A DNA stretch of 56,194 nt from Terrimicrobiaceae bacterium. Its GTDB lineage: Bacteria > Verrucomicrobiota > Verrucomicrobiia > Chthoniobacterales > Terrimicrobiaceae. The notes below the pieces were generated by a model, which was given only the letters and a program-made list of their open reading frames with translations, had not been told where the DNA came from and made no database searches. A program made the translations under genes and the position numbers. Positions within the stretch are counted from its first letter, which is position 1. Every line of letters begins with the position of its first letter. The stretch is from the NCBI GenBank assembly GCA_036525175.1, contig DATDAX010000076.1, positions 1-56,194 of the forward strand, in the 5' to 3' direction. Of the stretch, positions 26,632 to 35,760 are shown in pieces.

Positions 26632-28707
26632 ATGCCTGCCACAAACACCCTCTGCCGCGCCTTCGTCGTGATGCCATTCGGAAAAAAGGAGGTACCGAAG
26701 GATCTGTTGAAACAGCCAAAGGTCGAAGTGACCTCCGAAGCACTCGCCTTGCAGGAGGCGCTGAAAGTCGATTTCGATGTCCTCTACGAGAAGCTCCTCG
26801 GGCCCGCGCTGCGCGAGGCGGGGTGCGAGCCTTTCCGCGCGACGGACGAGCAAGGCGCGGGCGACATCCGCAAGGACATGTTCTTCGAGCTGGTAACCGC
26901 CGACCTGGTGCTCGCCGACATTTCAATCCTCAATGCCAACGTTTTCTACGAGTTGGGCGTGCGGCATGCCGTCGGTCCACGCGGCGTGATCAGCGTGCAC
27001 GGCGGCTGGGCGAGCCGACCTTTCGACGTGGCACCGGATCGCACCTTCAACTACGACGGGCAACTCTTCATCGCCGACCTCACTCGCGACGCAGCGTGGG
27101 AAGTGCGTGTCTCGAAAGAAGTGAGCAAACTCGGTGCTGTCTTGCGCAGCGCCATTGCCAATGATGAACAGGAGATCGGCAGCCCCGTTTACAGCCTTGT
27201 GGAAGGACTAAAACCCGTCGACTGGAGCGGGATCAGCACTGCGCGGGCAAAATATTTCCAGAGTATCTCCGAAGAATGGCGTCAGCGTGTGAAGGTGGCA
27301 CGCAAAGAGCGCCATCCGGGCGACATCCTCACGCTCGCCGGCGACATGCCTACCCGGCTGCACCGTAAGCAACTGCTCTGGCAATGCGCTCGCGCGCTCG
27401 TCGAGATCCATCGCTTCGAGGCGGCGCGCGGCGTCCTCGATGATCTTCTGGAAATGGACCGCGACAACTTCGAGACGAAATCTCTGTTAGCACTGGTTGA
27501 TAACCGGACCGGCCGTTCAGCCCATGCGGAGGAAAGCCTCGATGCATTCGTCAACGCGCGGCCCGGCGACGGTGAAGCGCAAGGAATGCTCGGGCGCGTT
27601 TACAAAGACCTCTGGCGGGTCGCATGGAAGGACCAACCGACCCTGGAAGAGCGGCAGACGGCGGCGATGGAAAACGCCGTTATCGCCGCCAAAGCGATCG
27701 CCACCTATGAGCGCGCGCTGCGCCATAACTTGAGCAACTACTACAACGGCATCAACGTCGTTACCCTCCAGTCGCTGCTCGATTTCCTTGCCGAAAAGAC
27801 TGGCACGTTTCCCGCCGAGACTGGCATCACCGATCTGCCTGAACTGGTCTCCGTGGTTAGCGTCGCCACGCGGCAAGCGCTGAAAAATCCGGGCGAAGTC
27901 GCCTGGGCCGCGCCGACGCTTGGTGAGCTTGAACTCGTCCGCGGCAACGGTCCCGAATCCTTGCGACGCTATCAACAAGCGGCCAATGCGCCCGGTGTTC
28001 CATATTTCGAGATTGATTCCATGCTCGGTCAGCTCCGGCTGTTCGAGGGGCTTGGCTTCCGGGCAGAGGCTGTGGCACCGGTGATCAAGCTGCTCGAGAA
28101 GAAGCTCGCCCAGCTGGGAAATCCCCTGCCCACCTTCGGCAAAGTGGTCGTATGCAGCGGACACATGATCGACGCGCCCAGCCGCGAGAATCCCCGCTTC
28201 CCAACAAGCAAGGAAAGGCCCGTGCGCGAGAGGATCGCGGCGCAGCTGGCCGCTTGGGGCGTCGGCAAGGGCGACCTCGCCATCTGCGGCGGAGCATGCG
28301 GCAGCGATATCCTCTTCGCCGAGGAATGCCAGCGCCTCGGCGCTTCCGTACGCCTCCTGCTCGCCCTGCCGCGCGCTGAGTTCGTGGCAAAGTCGATCGC
28401 CTTTGCCGGTTACGAGTGGGTACAGCGGTTCGATCAACTTGCCAAAACCTGCGAAGTGGCCGAGCAGACCAGCCGGCTCGGGAATCCACCTGCGGGACTT
28501 GATGTCTTCAGCCGCTGCAATCTCTGGATCCTCAACTCGGCGCGTGTCGAGATTGGGCCCGCCAGTCAGTTATATTCCGTTCTTATCTGGGACGAAAAGC
28601 CGACCGGCGACGGCCCCGGCGGGACCTCCGACTTCGCGACGCGCGTCCGGGAACTCGGCGGAGTCGTTGAGGTCATCAACCCGATGAAATTTCCGGAGCC
28701 GGATTGA
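26632..28707 (+). CDS. Three-domain protein: N-terminal nucleoside-2-deoxyribosyltransferase/TIR-like Rossmann domain, central TPR (DUF4071/ASK1-like) region, C-terminal SLOG/LOG-like Rossmann domain
   Basis: The N-terminus has FVVMPFGKK...DLVLADISILNANVFYELGVRHA. The middle has GMLGRVYKDLW and NYYNGINVVTL. The C-terminus has VVVCSGHMID...LAICGGACGSDILFAEEC...VRLLLALP. The ATG at 26632 lies 7 nt after the patatin stop. Domain names are from memory, not a search. Confidence 0.6.
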   Translation: MPATNTLCRAFVVMPFGKKEVPKDLLKQPKVEVTSEALALQEALKVDFDVLYEKLLGPALREAGCEPFRATDEQGAGDIRKDMFFELVTADLVLADISILNANVFYELGVRHAVGPRGVISVHGGWASRPFDVAPDRTFNYDGQLFIADLTRDAAWEVRVSKEVSKLGAVLRSAIANDEQEIGSPVYSLVEGLKPVDWSGISTARAKYFQSISEEWRQRVKVARKERHPGDILTLAGDMPTRLHRKQLLWQCARALVEIHRFEAARGVLDDLLEMDRDNFETKSLLALVDNRTGRSAHAEESLDAFVNARPGDGEAQGMLGRVYKDLWRVAWKDQPTLEERQTAAMENAVIAAKAIATYERALRHNLSNYYNGINVVTLQSLLDFLAEKTGTFPAETGITDLPELVSVVSVATRQALKNPGEVAWAAPTLGELELVRGNGPESLRRYQQAANAPGVPYFEIDSMLGQLRLFEGLGFRAEAVAPVIKLLEKKLAQLGNPLPTFGKVVVCSGHMIDAPSRENPRFPTSKERPVRERIAAQLAAWGVGKGDLAICGGACGSDILFAEECQRLGASVRLLLALPRAEFVAKSIAFAGYEWVQRFDQLAKTCEVAEQTSRLGNPPAGLDVFSRCNLWILNSARVEIGPASQLYSVLIWDEKPTGDGPGGTSDFATRVRELGGVVEVINPMKFPEPD

Positions 28708-28786
28708 TAGGGACACGGCGTCAAAGGTCTTCAGAGGGCGATGTATTATGTGTTCCATCGATCGACGCGATTGACTCGCAAACCAA

Positions 28787-31597
28787 TCAATCGTCCGATA
28801 CGCCTTCGCCGGGAGGAAGCTCTGCGAATGTGCGCCGGTAGGGGAGTGTTCCGAAGAAGCGTTTCCATTCGGCGAGTGAGAGATTTCGATTCGCCCGGCG
28901 GGCCGCCCGCCGCTGCCACGTGTCGAGACTGGCATCAAGCAAGAAAAGCCCGGGAGGATTATTGAGACCCACAGCCAGCGTTTTCCCATCCGGGCTGAAG
29001 GCGATCGCATTTACCGTGAAATATTCTCCTTCGGTGAAGGCTGAGACACCCAAGGGTTGACGGCTTTCGGCATCGACGAAGCGCAATGTGCCCCCGAATC
29101 CCGCCATCACGAGAGTCTTGCCGTCGGGGCTAAACGAGAGTCCGGAGACCCTGTTGACAAAGCTCCGGGGTAGTTCGCCACGAGGGCGATGGCTTGCAAC
29201 GTCCCAGAGCAACACGCCGCCTGCGTCATCGCCGGTGCATAGCACCTTACCCGTGGGATCGAAGGTAGCGCTCCAGACAGCGGCGAGATGCCCCGGAAGT
29301 GGAGAGCCCTGAGGCCGGCGGGTGCGCGGATCCCAGAGTCGGACGTTTTTATCATCCCCACCGGAGGCCAGCACCGTTCCGTCGGAGCTGAAGGCGACGC
29401 AGTAAACGCCGCCTTTATGCCCCTCCAATGATTCACCGAGGGGTGACCGCGCTTGTGCGTCCCAGAAACGCAGGGTGCCGTCGCTGCCACCAGAGGCGAG
29501 GAGCTTGCCATCCGGGCTGGAAGCGATGCTCCAGATGTAACTCCCGGCCAGGTGGCCCACGAGAGGTGCGCCGATCGGCTGGCGCGTCACCGCATTCCAA
29601 AGCCGTACCGTGCCGTCCTGGCAGCCCATCGCGAGCACCTTGCTCGCTCCAACGAAAGCGAGGCTTTGGACTCCATCCCAATACTCGAGTGTTCCGAGCT
29701 TTTTGCGCGCCCTCGCATCGAAAATCTCAACGTGTTCGCCGGAGACGGCGAGCAAGGTCCCATCTTTGCTAAAGGCCAAGTGGGAAGTCCGCCCACCAAT
29801 TTGTTCACCCAAGAGAGGGGCAGGTTCGACTTCCCAAAGCCGAATGGTCCCGTCTTTGGCTCCGACGGCGATCTGCCGGCTATCCGGGCTCACCGTGAAG
29901 CTGGCCATCTCACCGACGAAGATCGGCTGCCCGATGAAGGTGGCATGCTCCCAATCGTAGCGATGAATGGCTCCGTCCAGGCCTCCCCAGGAGAGGATCT
30001 TGCCATCGGCGCTAAAAGCGAGATGCAACACCCACCCGGAGCGGCCGACAATAGGCTCGCCGATGGGCTGGCGACGAACAACGTCCCAAAGACGCACAAC
30101 TCCCGTACGATCGCCGGACGCAATGACTTTCCCATCAGGACTGAAGGCGAGCTGCGTGATCCATTCAGTATGCCCAGTAAGTTTCCCAAGTGGTTGGCGC
30201 GTGGCGATTTCCCAGAGCCAAAGTTCCTCGCGAACGTCGAGCGCCAGCAACTTGCCATCCCGACTAAAAGCGACACACGCGGGCTCGCCCGCCCCGAACT
30301 GCGGCTGCCAGGCCGCCCCTAGCCCCAGGATCGGCTCGCCAATGCGTTCTCCAGTAGCGGCATTGCGCAGGGAAAGGTCTACCACATTGCTGACAGCGAG
30401 GGATTTGCTGTCAGGGCTGAAGACGACGGAGGTGACCGTGCCGCCGAAGCGAACGGCCTCCCCACGGAGCCTGCGCGCCGAAACATCCCAGATGCAAAAG
30501 TCGCCGTCCTGAGTGCCCGCAGCCACGCTCGCACCATCCGGACTGAAGCTGAGGCAGCGGACTTCGTTTGAACTGCCCGAATGGCGTTGCTCGAAAACGT
30601 GAAGTGGTGCAGCGACTTGACGCCGTTGCTTCCAGTCCCATAAGCGCACGCTTCCATCGAAACCGCCAGAGACCAGAGTGGACCCATCGGGGCTGAACGC
30701 AATTGAGGTCACCGGCCCCCGATGCCCGTGCAGGAAGGTGGAGAGTCCCGGCTCCATTTGGAGCGCGGAAAGGAGCGTATTCCGCGCCTCGGCGGTATCG
30801 GCAGCACGACACGCCTCGACGCCGAGGAGCAGTGCGAGCGGAAGCTGATCGCGTAGATAGGAGAGGCCAAAGCCAGCCAGCCGTCCGGCGCCTGCGATTC
30901 GCGCCTGCGACTGGGCCTCGTTGCGCTGCGACCAGGCGAGCACCGCCAAAATCAGCGAGACGACCAGGCCCGCCGACACCGCTCCGAGAGTGATCCGCTG
31001 TCTATTAGCAGCAGCTTTGCGGCTGGCGATAATATATCCGGTCTGAAGCGCAGTAGGCTGCCGTTCCTTGTCCGTGCCGGCCTGCGCGAGCCATTGCTCG
31101 GCATCGCGCAGATCGTCTCCACGAAGGACAAAGCTGTTGTTTTTGCCTTTGGCTTCCCATTCGATCGCGCGCGTGAGCAGACGGGTGTGCGCGTGAACCC
31201 ATGCGAGGTCGATATCGAGCGCAGTGATCAGCGTCTCGATCGCCTTGGCGAAATCGTCGGTCTCGCGGCAAAAAATCCAGTTCAGCTTCGCGAGCGCCTC
31301 CGGCACATCAGCGGCATTCACGTCGCGAGCGACGACCGGCACCATCCGCTTGTTGTGCGCCGCGGCGTGCGCGATCTCACGCCCGCAGACAACTGACGCG
31401 ATCGAATCCGGCGTCAGCACAAAAACAAATGTATCAGCCGCTTCGATCGCGCCGTAAATCGCTCTCATGAACTCCTCGGTGGGCCGGATGCCTTCCCAGT
31501 CCACCCATGCCTCGCGACCGCGACGTTTCAGCGCCTCATCCAACTGTTGGACGAACTCCTTGTCCTTGCGCGAGTAGGAAATGAAAACGTCAGCCAC
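28787..31597 (-). CDS. TIR domain - single TM helix - WD40 beta-propeller protein (paralogue A)
   Basis: GTG start. The TIR domain has DVFISYSRKD...FVFVLTPDS..S..CGREI (Glu74 codon 31376-31378). A hydrophobic helix ITLGAVSAGLVVSLILAVLAW lies at about 30932-30994. More than 12 canonical WD40 units follow (GH.G.V.S.AFSPDG..L.SG..DG..RLWD). Confidence 0.9.
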   Translation of the reverse strand: MADVFISYSRKDKEFVQQLDEALKRRGREAWVDWEGIRPTEEFMRAIYGAIEAADTFVFVLTPDSIASVVCGREIAHAAAHNKRMVPVVARDVNAADVPEALAKLNWIFCRETDDFAKAIETLITALDIDLAWVHAHTRLLTRAIEWEAKGKNNSFVLRGDDLRDAEQWLAQAGTDKERQPTALQTGYIIASRKAAANRQRITLGAVSAGLVVSLILAVLAWSQRNEAQSQARIAGAGRLAGFGLSYLRDQLPLALLLGVEACRAADTAEARNTLLSALQMEPGLSTFLHGHRGPVTSIAFSPDGSTLVSGGFDGSVRLWDWKQRRQVAAPLHVFEQRHSGSSNEVRCLSFSPDGASVAAGTQDGDFCIWDVSARRLRGEAVRFGGTVTSVVFSPDSKSLAVSNVVDLSLRNAATGERIGEPILGLGAAWQPQFGAGEPACVAFSRDGKLLALDVREELWLWEIATRQPLGKLTGHTEWITQLAFSPDGKVIASGDRTGVVRLWDVVRRQPIGEPIVGRSGWVLHLAFSADGKILSWGGLDGAIHRYDWEHATFIGQPIFVGEMASFTVSPDSRQIAVGAKDGTIRLWEVEPAPLLGEQIGGRTSHLAFSKDGTLLAVSGEHVEIFDARARKKLGTLEYWDGVQSLAFVGASKVLAMGCQDGTVRLWNAVTRQPIGAPLVGHLAGSYIWSIASSPDGKLLASGGSDGTLRFWDAQARSPLGESLEGHKGGVYCVAFSSDGTVLASGGDDKNVRLWDPRTRRPQGSPLPGHLAAVWSATFDPTGKVLCTGDDAGGVLLWDVASHRPRGELPRSFVNRVSGLSFSPDGKTLVMAGFGGTLRFVDAESRQPLGVSAFTEGEYFTVNAIAFSPDGKTLAVGLNNPPGLFLLDASLDTWQRRAARRANRNLSLAEWKRFFGTLPYRRTFAELPPGEGVSDD

Positions 31598-31760
31598 GGC
31601 ACTGGATGCTGTTTGCCACTAAGTTCCGTCGTTGGCAGCCCAGAGCATTTGGACACGCCTCAGTGCGCGCCCTACCAGCGCCAGTCCGAAAGTCCCCGCC
31701 TTTCATGGCGGCGATTACATGCCCCATTTTCGCTGAGCGCAACGGCAAATCTCGCCGCCG
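30930..31760. repeat. Duplicated segment, copy A (5' leader + TIR + linker + TM of the TIR genes)
   Basis: Aligns by eye along its length with 35093-35925 at high nucleotide identity, including about 165 nt upstream of the GTG start. Confidence 0.85.
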
Positions 31761-32011
31761 TGCGGACCGGTTAGGAGCCGTCGTGGCGGTTGGAAAGGTC
31801 TGTCTCAGCCCGAGAACTTCGGGATCGTGCTGCTCGATATGGGACATTTAACGGAAGAGTCGACCTTTCTTGATTTCTACAAGAGGAAGGCATCAAAGGC
31901 GGGTCAGGAGTAAACAGAGACTCTACCGAAGTATTCGCTCCTGCTGTGCAGTAATTGCTCGCCATTGCTCTTGCTGATTAAAGACGTTGTTCCCACGAGA
32001 ATTCGTTATTT

Positions 32012-32692
32012 ATGTTCAGCCACGCTTCCAAACTTCCTGCAGTCCTGATCGCGTGCTGTGTGGCCGTCACCCTCGGTGCAGCCGGCGCGTGTGATGGCCC
32101 GCGCAAGGTGCGCGAGGCGACCGTCGCGAAGATCAAGGCATTCATCAACGACCAGCAAATGACAGTGCTGACCTTCGCCGGCTATTCAGGGGCAGAGTAT
32201 GAGGACCCGCAGACGATGTTGGCGCACGCTTCACGCGTCCTCGACGGGCTGGACCCGGCGAAAACATTAATCAATATCGGTGCCACGGAGGTGGGAATCG
32301 GCGCCGTTTACGAGCTCTCAAAGCGAAAGGGATTCACAACCATGGGCATCGTCTCCACCCTTGCCCGCGATGAGCGTGTTCCACTCTCGACGTGCGTCGA
32401 TTATGTGTTCTACGTCAAAGACAGTCACTGGGGCGGAAAGGTTCCCGGAACCGATCATCTTTCGCCCACCTCGGCCGCACTGGTCGAGTGCAGCACGTCT
32501 TTCGTTGCCATTGGCGGAGGCGAAGCCGCCAGGGACGAGATGCTCGCAGCACGTAAGGCTGGCAAGCCTGTTGCCTTCATTCCTGCCGACATGAATCACC
32601 GGATCGCTCGAGAGAAGGCACAGAAAAAAGGCCAGCCCGAACCGACCGACTTTCGAGGTGCCGCACATGGTTCGCTCGCTAAAGGCATCTAG
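32012..32692 (+). CDS. Exported (probable lipoprotein) SLOG/LOG-like Rossmann-fold protein
   Basis: The N-terminus MFSHASKLPAVLIACCVAVTLGAAGAC looks like a signal or lipoprotein leader. The body has LTFAGYSGAEY..., GATEVGIGAVYELSKRKGFTTMGIVS and FVAIGGGEAARDEMLAARKAGKPVAFI, reminiscent of the LOG/TIGR00725 layout. The function call is tentative. Confidence 0.5.
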   Translation: MFSHASKLPAVLIACCVAVTLGAAGACDGPRKVREATVAKIKAFINDQQMTVLTFAGYSGAEYEDPQTMLAHASRVLDGLDPAKTLINIGATEVGIGAVYELSKRKGFTTMGIVSTLARDERVPLSTCVDYVFYVKDSHWGGKVPGTDHLSPTSAALVECSTSFVAIGGGEAARDEMLAARKAGKPVAFIPADMNHRIAREKAQKKGQPEPTDFRGAAHGSLAKGI

Positions 32693-32907
32693 CACTGGCC
32701 CAACTGGCTCGAGCCGACCCGCACGAAGCCCGAGATGAAGTGTTATGCTTCGAGTGAATGCTGCCGTGCAATCGCCGGAACGCGGCTCGCCCCTTGGGGC
32801 CTCGGCAAAGGCGATCTCGCTAGCTCGGCAACCGCGGCGGAGCGTGCCGCAGCGCCGCCGTCCTGTCCGGACTTCGGAACGGAGGATAAATGCCACCGTG
32901 ACAGGGA

Positions 32908-35760
32908 TTATTTCTGCAGGCGGGTCTTTTGCGGCATCGTACCTGGACCGTAACGACTCCATTCGTCAGATGTCAGATCGCTCGCCACTTTGGCAGAGGT
33001 CTCGCGGAGGACACCATCAAGAGTGATTGGATGAAGGGTGGGCTCGGGAAAACCGTTCTGCCACCTGTAAGTCAGAATATACCTTCCATCCAGGCTGAAA
33101 CCCGCGAAACGATCACCCCGCGCGACTGGAACTTTGAAGTTTACTCCGAGCGTGTTCGCGTCATAGACGTAGATGACGCTGGGGAATGCGGCAGCTAGGA
33201 GCGTTCCGTCCGGACTAAAACTCAAGAAGTCGTCACGGTCGCCCTCCATGAATCCGCCAAAACCCAGCGGTTCCGATCGGACCGTTGGATTCTTTGCGCC
33301 GATTTTCCAAATCCCAATCATGTTCTCCTGGAGCACCGCGCATCGCCCTTTGTCAGGACTAATCGCGAAGTTCGATCCTTCTGGAATGTCTGACACGGAT
33401 TCGGTCCTCCAATCGAACAGCACGGACTTAAGCGGGACCCCATCCTGGATTTGCTCGGCGATGACGAAGTTGGACCCGGACAGGAACCACAATCGGTTGA
33501 AAGGCTTTACGTTGGGGATCAGCTGCGGGGGTGCCTTATGATCCAGTCGATAGATCTGGGACGAAACCAGCACCCGATTTTCGTCCGGCCCAAACGCCAG
33601 GGGCCCGCCGCCGGGAATCGTGATGTTTCGTTTGGTGGCCATTTCCGTTATTACCCATCCCTTGCGTTGTAAAAGCCGCGCTACAAAGCGGCCGCTCGGT
33701 GACACCACAAGCGCTCCGGCGCCTTCCCCTTTTTCCTCAGCCTGCCACAGGCGTGTTCCACCCGCATCATAGACATTCATCGAGCCGTCTGCTCCATCCA
33801 CCACAACGACACGCGCGTCCACTGGCAGGACCGCAAACTTGCTGGGCAACGTCCAACGGCTCGCCGGGGTAATGGGGACCCATCGTTCCGGGGCGAGCGA
33901 CACAACCTGAATCTTGGCGGGAAGCCGATCCCTGGTCTGGGCTGGGACACGCGAGCTCACGGCCAGGAATCGACCATCGGCACTGAAAGCGGCGCCATTC
34001 ACCGACTGCCTTTTATCGAGTGTGAAGTGGAACACCAAGGCGCTCCGAGTCAGGTCGAAGACCGAAAAGGTCTCCGGGTTTACCGCGGAGTATCCCGCAA
34101 CATACCGGCCAGTTGGACTCACGGCAGGGAGAAGCTGAAAGGTCTCGCCTTGCTTCGATGCGAACGGCAGGTCGAACGAATCCCCACCGGATGTCTTGCG
34201 TAGCTGAGCGCCCCTGACGTACACATCGCCGCCCGCGATGACGCGAGAAGGGTTGGACAAGCTCTCGACAGGCGTGGTGTTAAGCAGGCTGCCATCAGCA
34301 GCGCTTAGAATCGAATGCTGACGAGAACTGATGGCGATCACACACTTGCCATCTCCGCTGAACAAGGCTTCCTCATAATTATCGCTCGCCGGATGCCGAA
34401 CACGCCAGCGAACCGAGCCGTCCGCGACGTTGAAAGCTGTTAAGCCTTCATCGGTTTTCGCGACGACCGTCGCAGCGTCTGGACTGAGCACGACGACGCC
34501 CGCCTCCGACGGGAACATGATGCGCGACCGAACCGTGCCGGCTGTCGGATCGACCGTCCAGATCCCAGCTCGCGAAACCACGAGCAAGTTCCCCTTCAAA
34601 TCGAACGCTGCGATATCGAGATCCTCCGGAAGCGGGACGATTTGTTTGTTTCCGCTCTCGATGTCTAGAACTTCGATCGCAGATCCACCTTTTTGGTAGA
34701 CGACGACACGGTCGCCGGTTGGGCTCATAGCGAGTGTGAAGGCGGATTGATCCGCCTGGACCTCGTGGAGCTGTCGGAGATCGGGCGCTGAAAACACATG
34801 GACATGGCGATCACCGCAGAGCGTAACCAGTCTCCGTGCATCTGGAGTGAACACGATGGCAACTGCGACAGAATCCGTTGCGACATCCGTCAAAATCCTC
34901 GGCATCTGACTGACGGCTGTGTGCCAGGCTGTGTATCCAGCTTCAGTCCACGTCTCTCTGAGCGATTCAGCCGCAAGCAGGCTTCCAATTCGGAGGCCCC
35001 GACTGGGCTCCATGTCTGCGGCCTTGACAGCCTGTCCGGCCAGGAAGCGCGCCGCGGACATCTTGCCTTGCTTGATAGCATCCTGACGCGCAAACCAAGC
35101 GACTACTGATAAAATGACAGCAACGACCAGGCCGAAGCTGAGTGCTCCGAGCGTGATCAACTGCCTTTTAGCGGCGGCCTTGCGGCTGGCGATGATGTAT
35201 TCGGTCTGAAGCGCCGTGGGCTGACGTTCCTTGTCCGTGCCGGCCTCTGCGAGCCATTGCTCGGCATCACGCAGATCGTCTCCGCGAAGGACAAAGCTGT
35301 TGTTTTTGGCTTTGGCCTCCCACTCGACGGCACGCGTGAGGAGGCGCGTGTGAGCCCGGACCCAGTCGATGTCCGTGTCGAGGGCGCTGATCAGCGTCTC
35401 GGTCGCCATTTGAAAATCGTCTGATTCACGAAAAAAGATCCAGTTCAGCTTCGCCAGCGCTTCGGGGACGGCCCCGGCGTTCACCTCGCGTGCAACGATA
35501 GGAATCATCCGTTTGTTCTGCGCCAGGGCATGCGCGATTTCCTTCATGCAAACGACCGATGAGACGGAGTCAGGAGAGAGCACAAAGAGGAACGTGTCTG
35601 TTCCTTCGATCGCGCTGTAAATCGCTCTCATGAACTCCTCGGTCGGCAGAATGCCTTCCCAGTCCACCCAGGCCTCGCGACCGCGGCGTTTCAGCGCCTC
35701 ATCCAACCGTTGGACGAACTCCTTGTCCTTGCGCGAGTAGGAAATGAAAACGTCAGCCAC
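32908..35760 (-). CDS. TIR domain - single TM helix - divergent beta-propeller protein (paralogue B)
   Basis: The first ~220 aa are near-identical to paralogue A (Glu74 codon 35539-35541). The C-terminal ~720 aa have only degenerate propeller blades (FSGDGKCVIA, FSADGRFLAVSS, FSPDGTLLAAA, FSLDGRYILT) and do not align with A. Confidence 0.85.
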   Translation of the reverse strand: MADVFISYSRKDKEFVQRLDEALKRRGREAWVDWEGILPTEEFMRAIYSAIEGTDTFLFVLSPDSVSSVVCMKEIAHALAQNKRMIPIVAREVNAGAVPEALAKLNWIFFRESDDFQMATETLISALDTDIDWVRAHTRLLTRAVEWEAKAKNNSFVLRGDDLRDAEQWLAEAGTDKERQPTALQTEYIIASRKAAAKRQLITLGALSFGLVVAVILSVVAWFARQDAIKQGKMSAARFLAGQAVKAADMEPSRGLRIGSLLAAESLRETWTEAGYTAWHTAVSQMPRILTDVATDSVAVAIVFTPDARRLVTLCGDRHVHVFSAPDLRQLHEVQADQSAFTLAMSPTGDRVVVYQKGGSAIEVLDIESGNKQIVPLPEDLDIAAFDLKGNLLVVSRAGIWTVDPTAGTVRSRIMFPSEAGVVVLSPDAATVVAKTDEGLTAFNVADGSVRWRVRHPASDNYEEALFSGDGKCVIAISSRQHSILSAADGSLLNTTPVESLSNPSRVIAGGDVYVRGAQLRKTSGGDSFDLPFASKQGETFQLLPAVSPTGRYVAGYSAVNPETFSVFDLTRSALVFHFTLDKRQSVNGAAFSADGRFLAVSSRVPAQTRDRLPAKIQVVSLAPERWVPITPASRWTLPSKFAVLPVDARVVVVDGADGSMNVYDAGGTRLWQAEEKGEGAGALVVSPSGRFVARLLQRKGWVITEMATKRNITIPGGGPLAFGPDENRVLVSSQIYRLDHKAPPQLIPNVKPFNRLWFLSGSNFVIAEQIQDGVPLKSVLFDWRTESVSDIPEGSNFAISPDKGRCAVLQENMIGIWKIGAKNPTVRSEPLGFGGFMEGDRDDFLSFSPDGTLLAAAFPSVIYVYDANTLGVNFKVPVARGDRFAGFSLDGRYILTYRWQNGFPEPTLHPITLDGVLRETSAKVASDLTSDEWSRYGPGTMPQKTRLQK

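Noticed and set aside
31590-31847. 85-aa upstream ORF whose TGA overlaps the GTG start of TIR gene A (possible coupled uORF).
   Set aside because: The paralogous leader of TIR-B is conserved at nucleotide level, but the corresponding frame is shifted and hits a TAG. The conservation is therefore not protein-coding.
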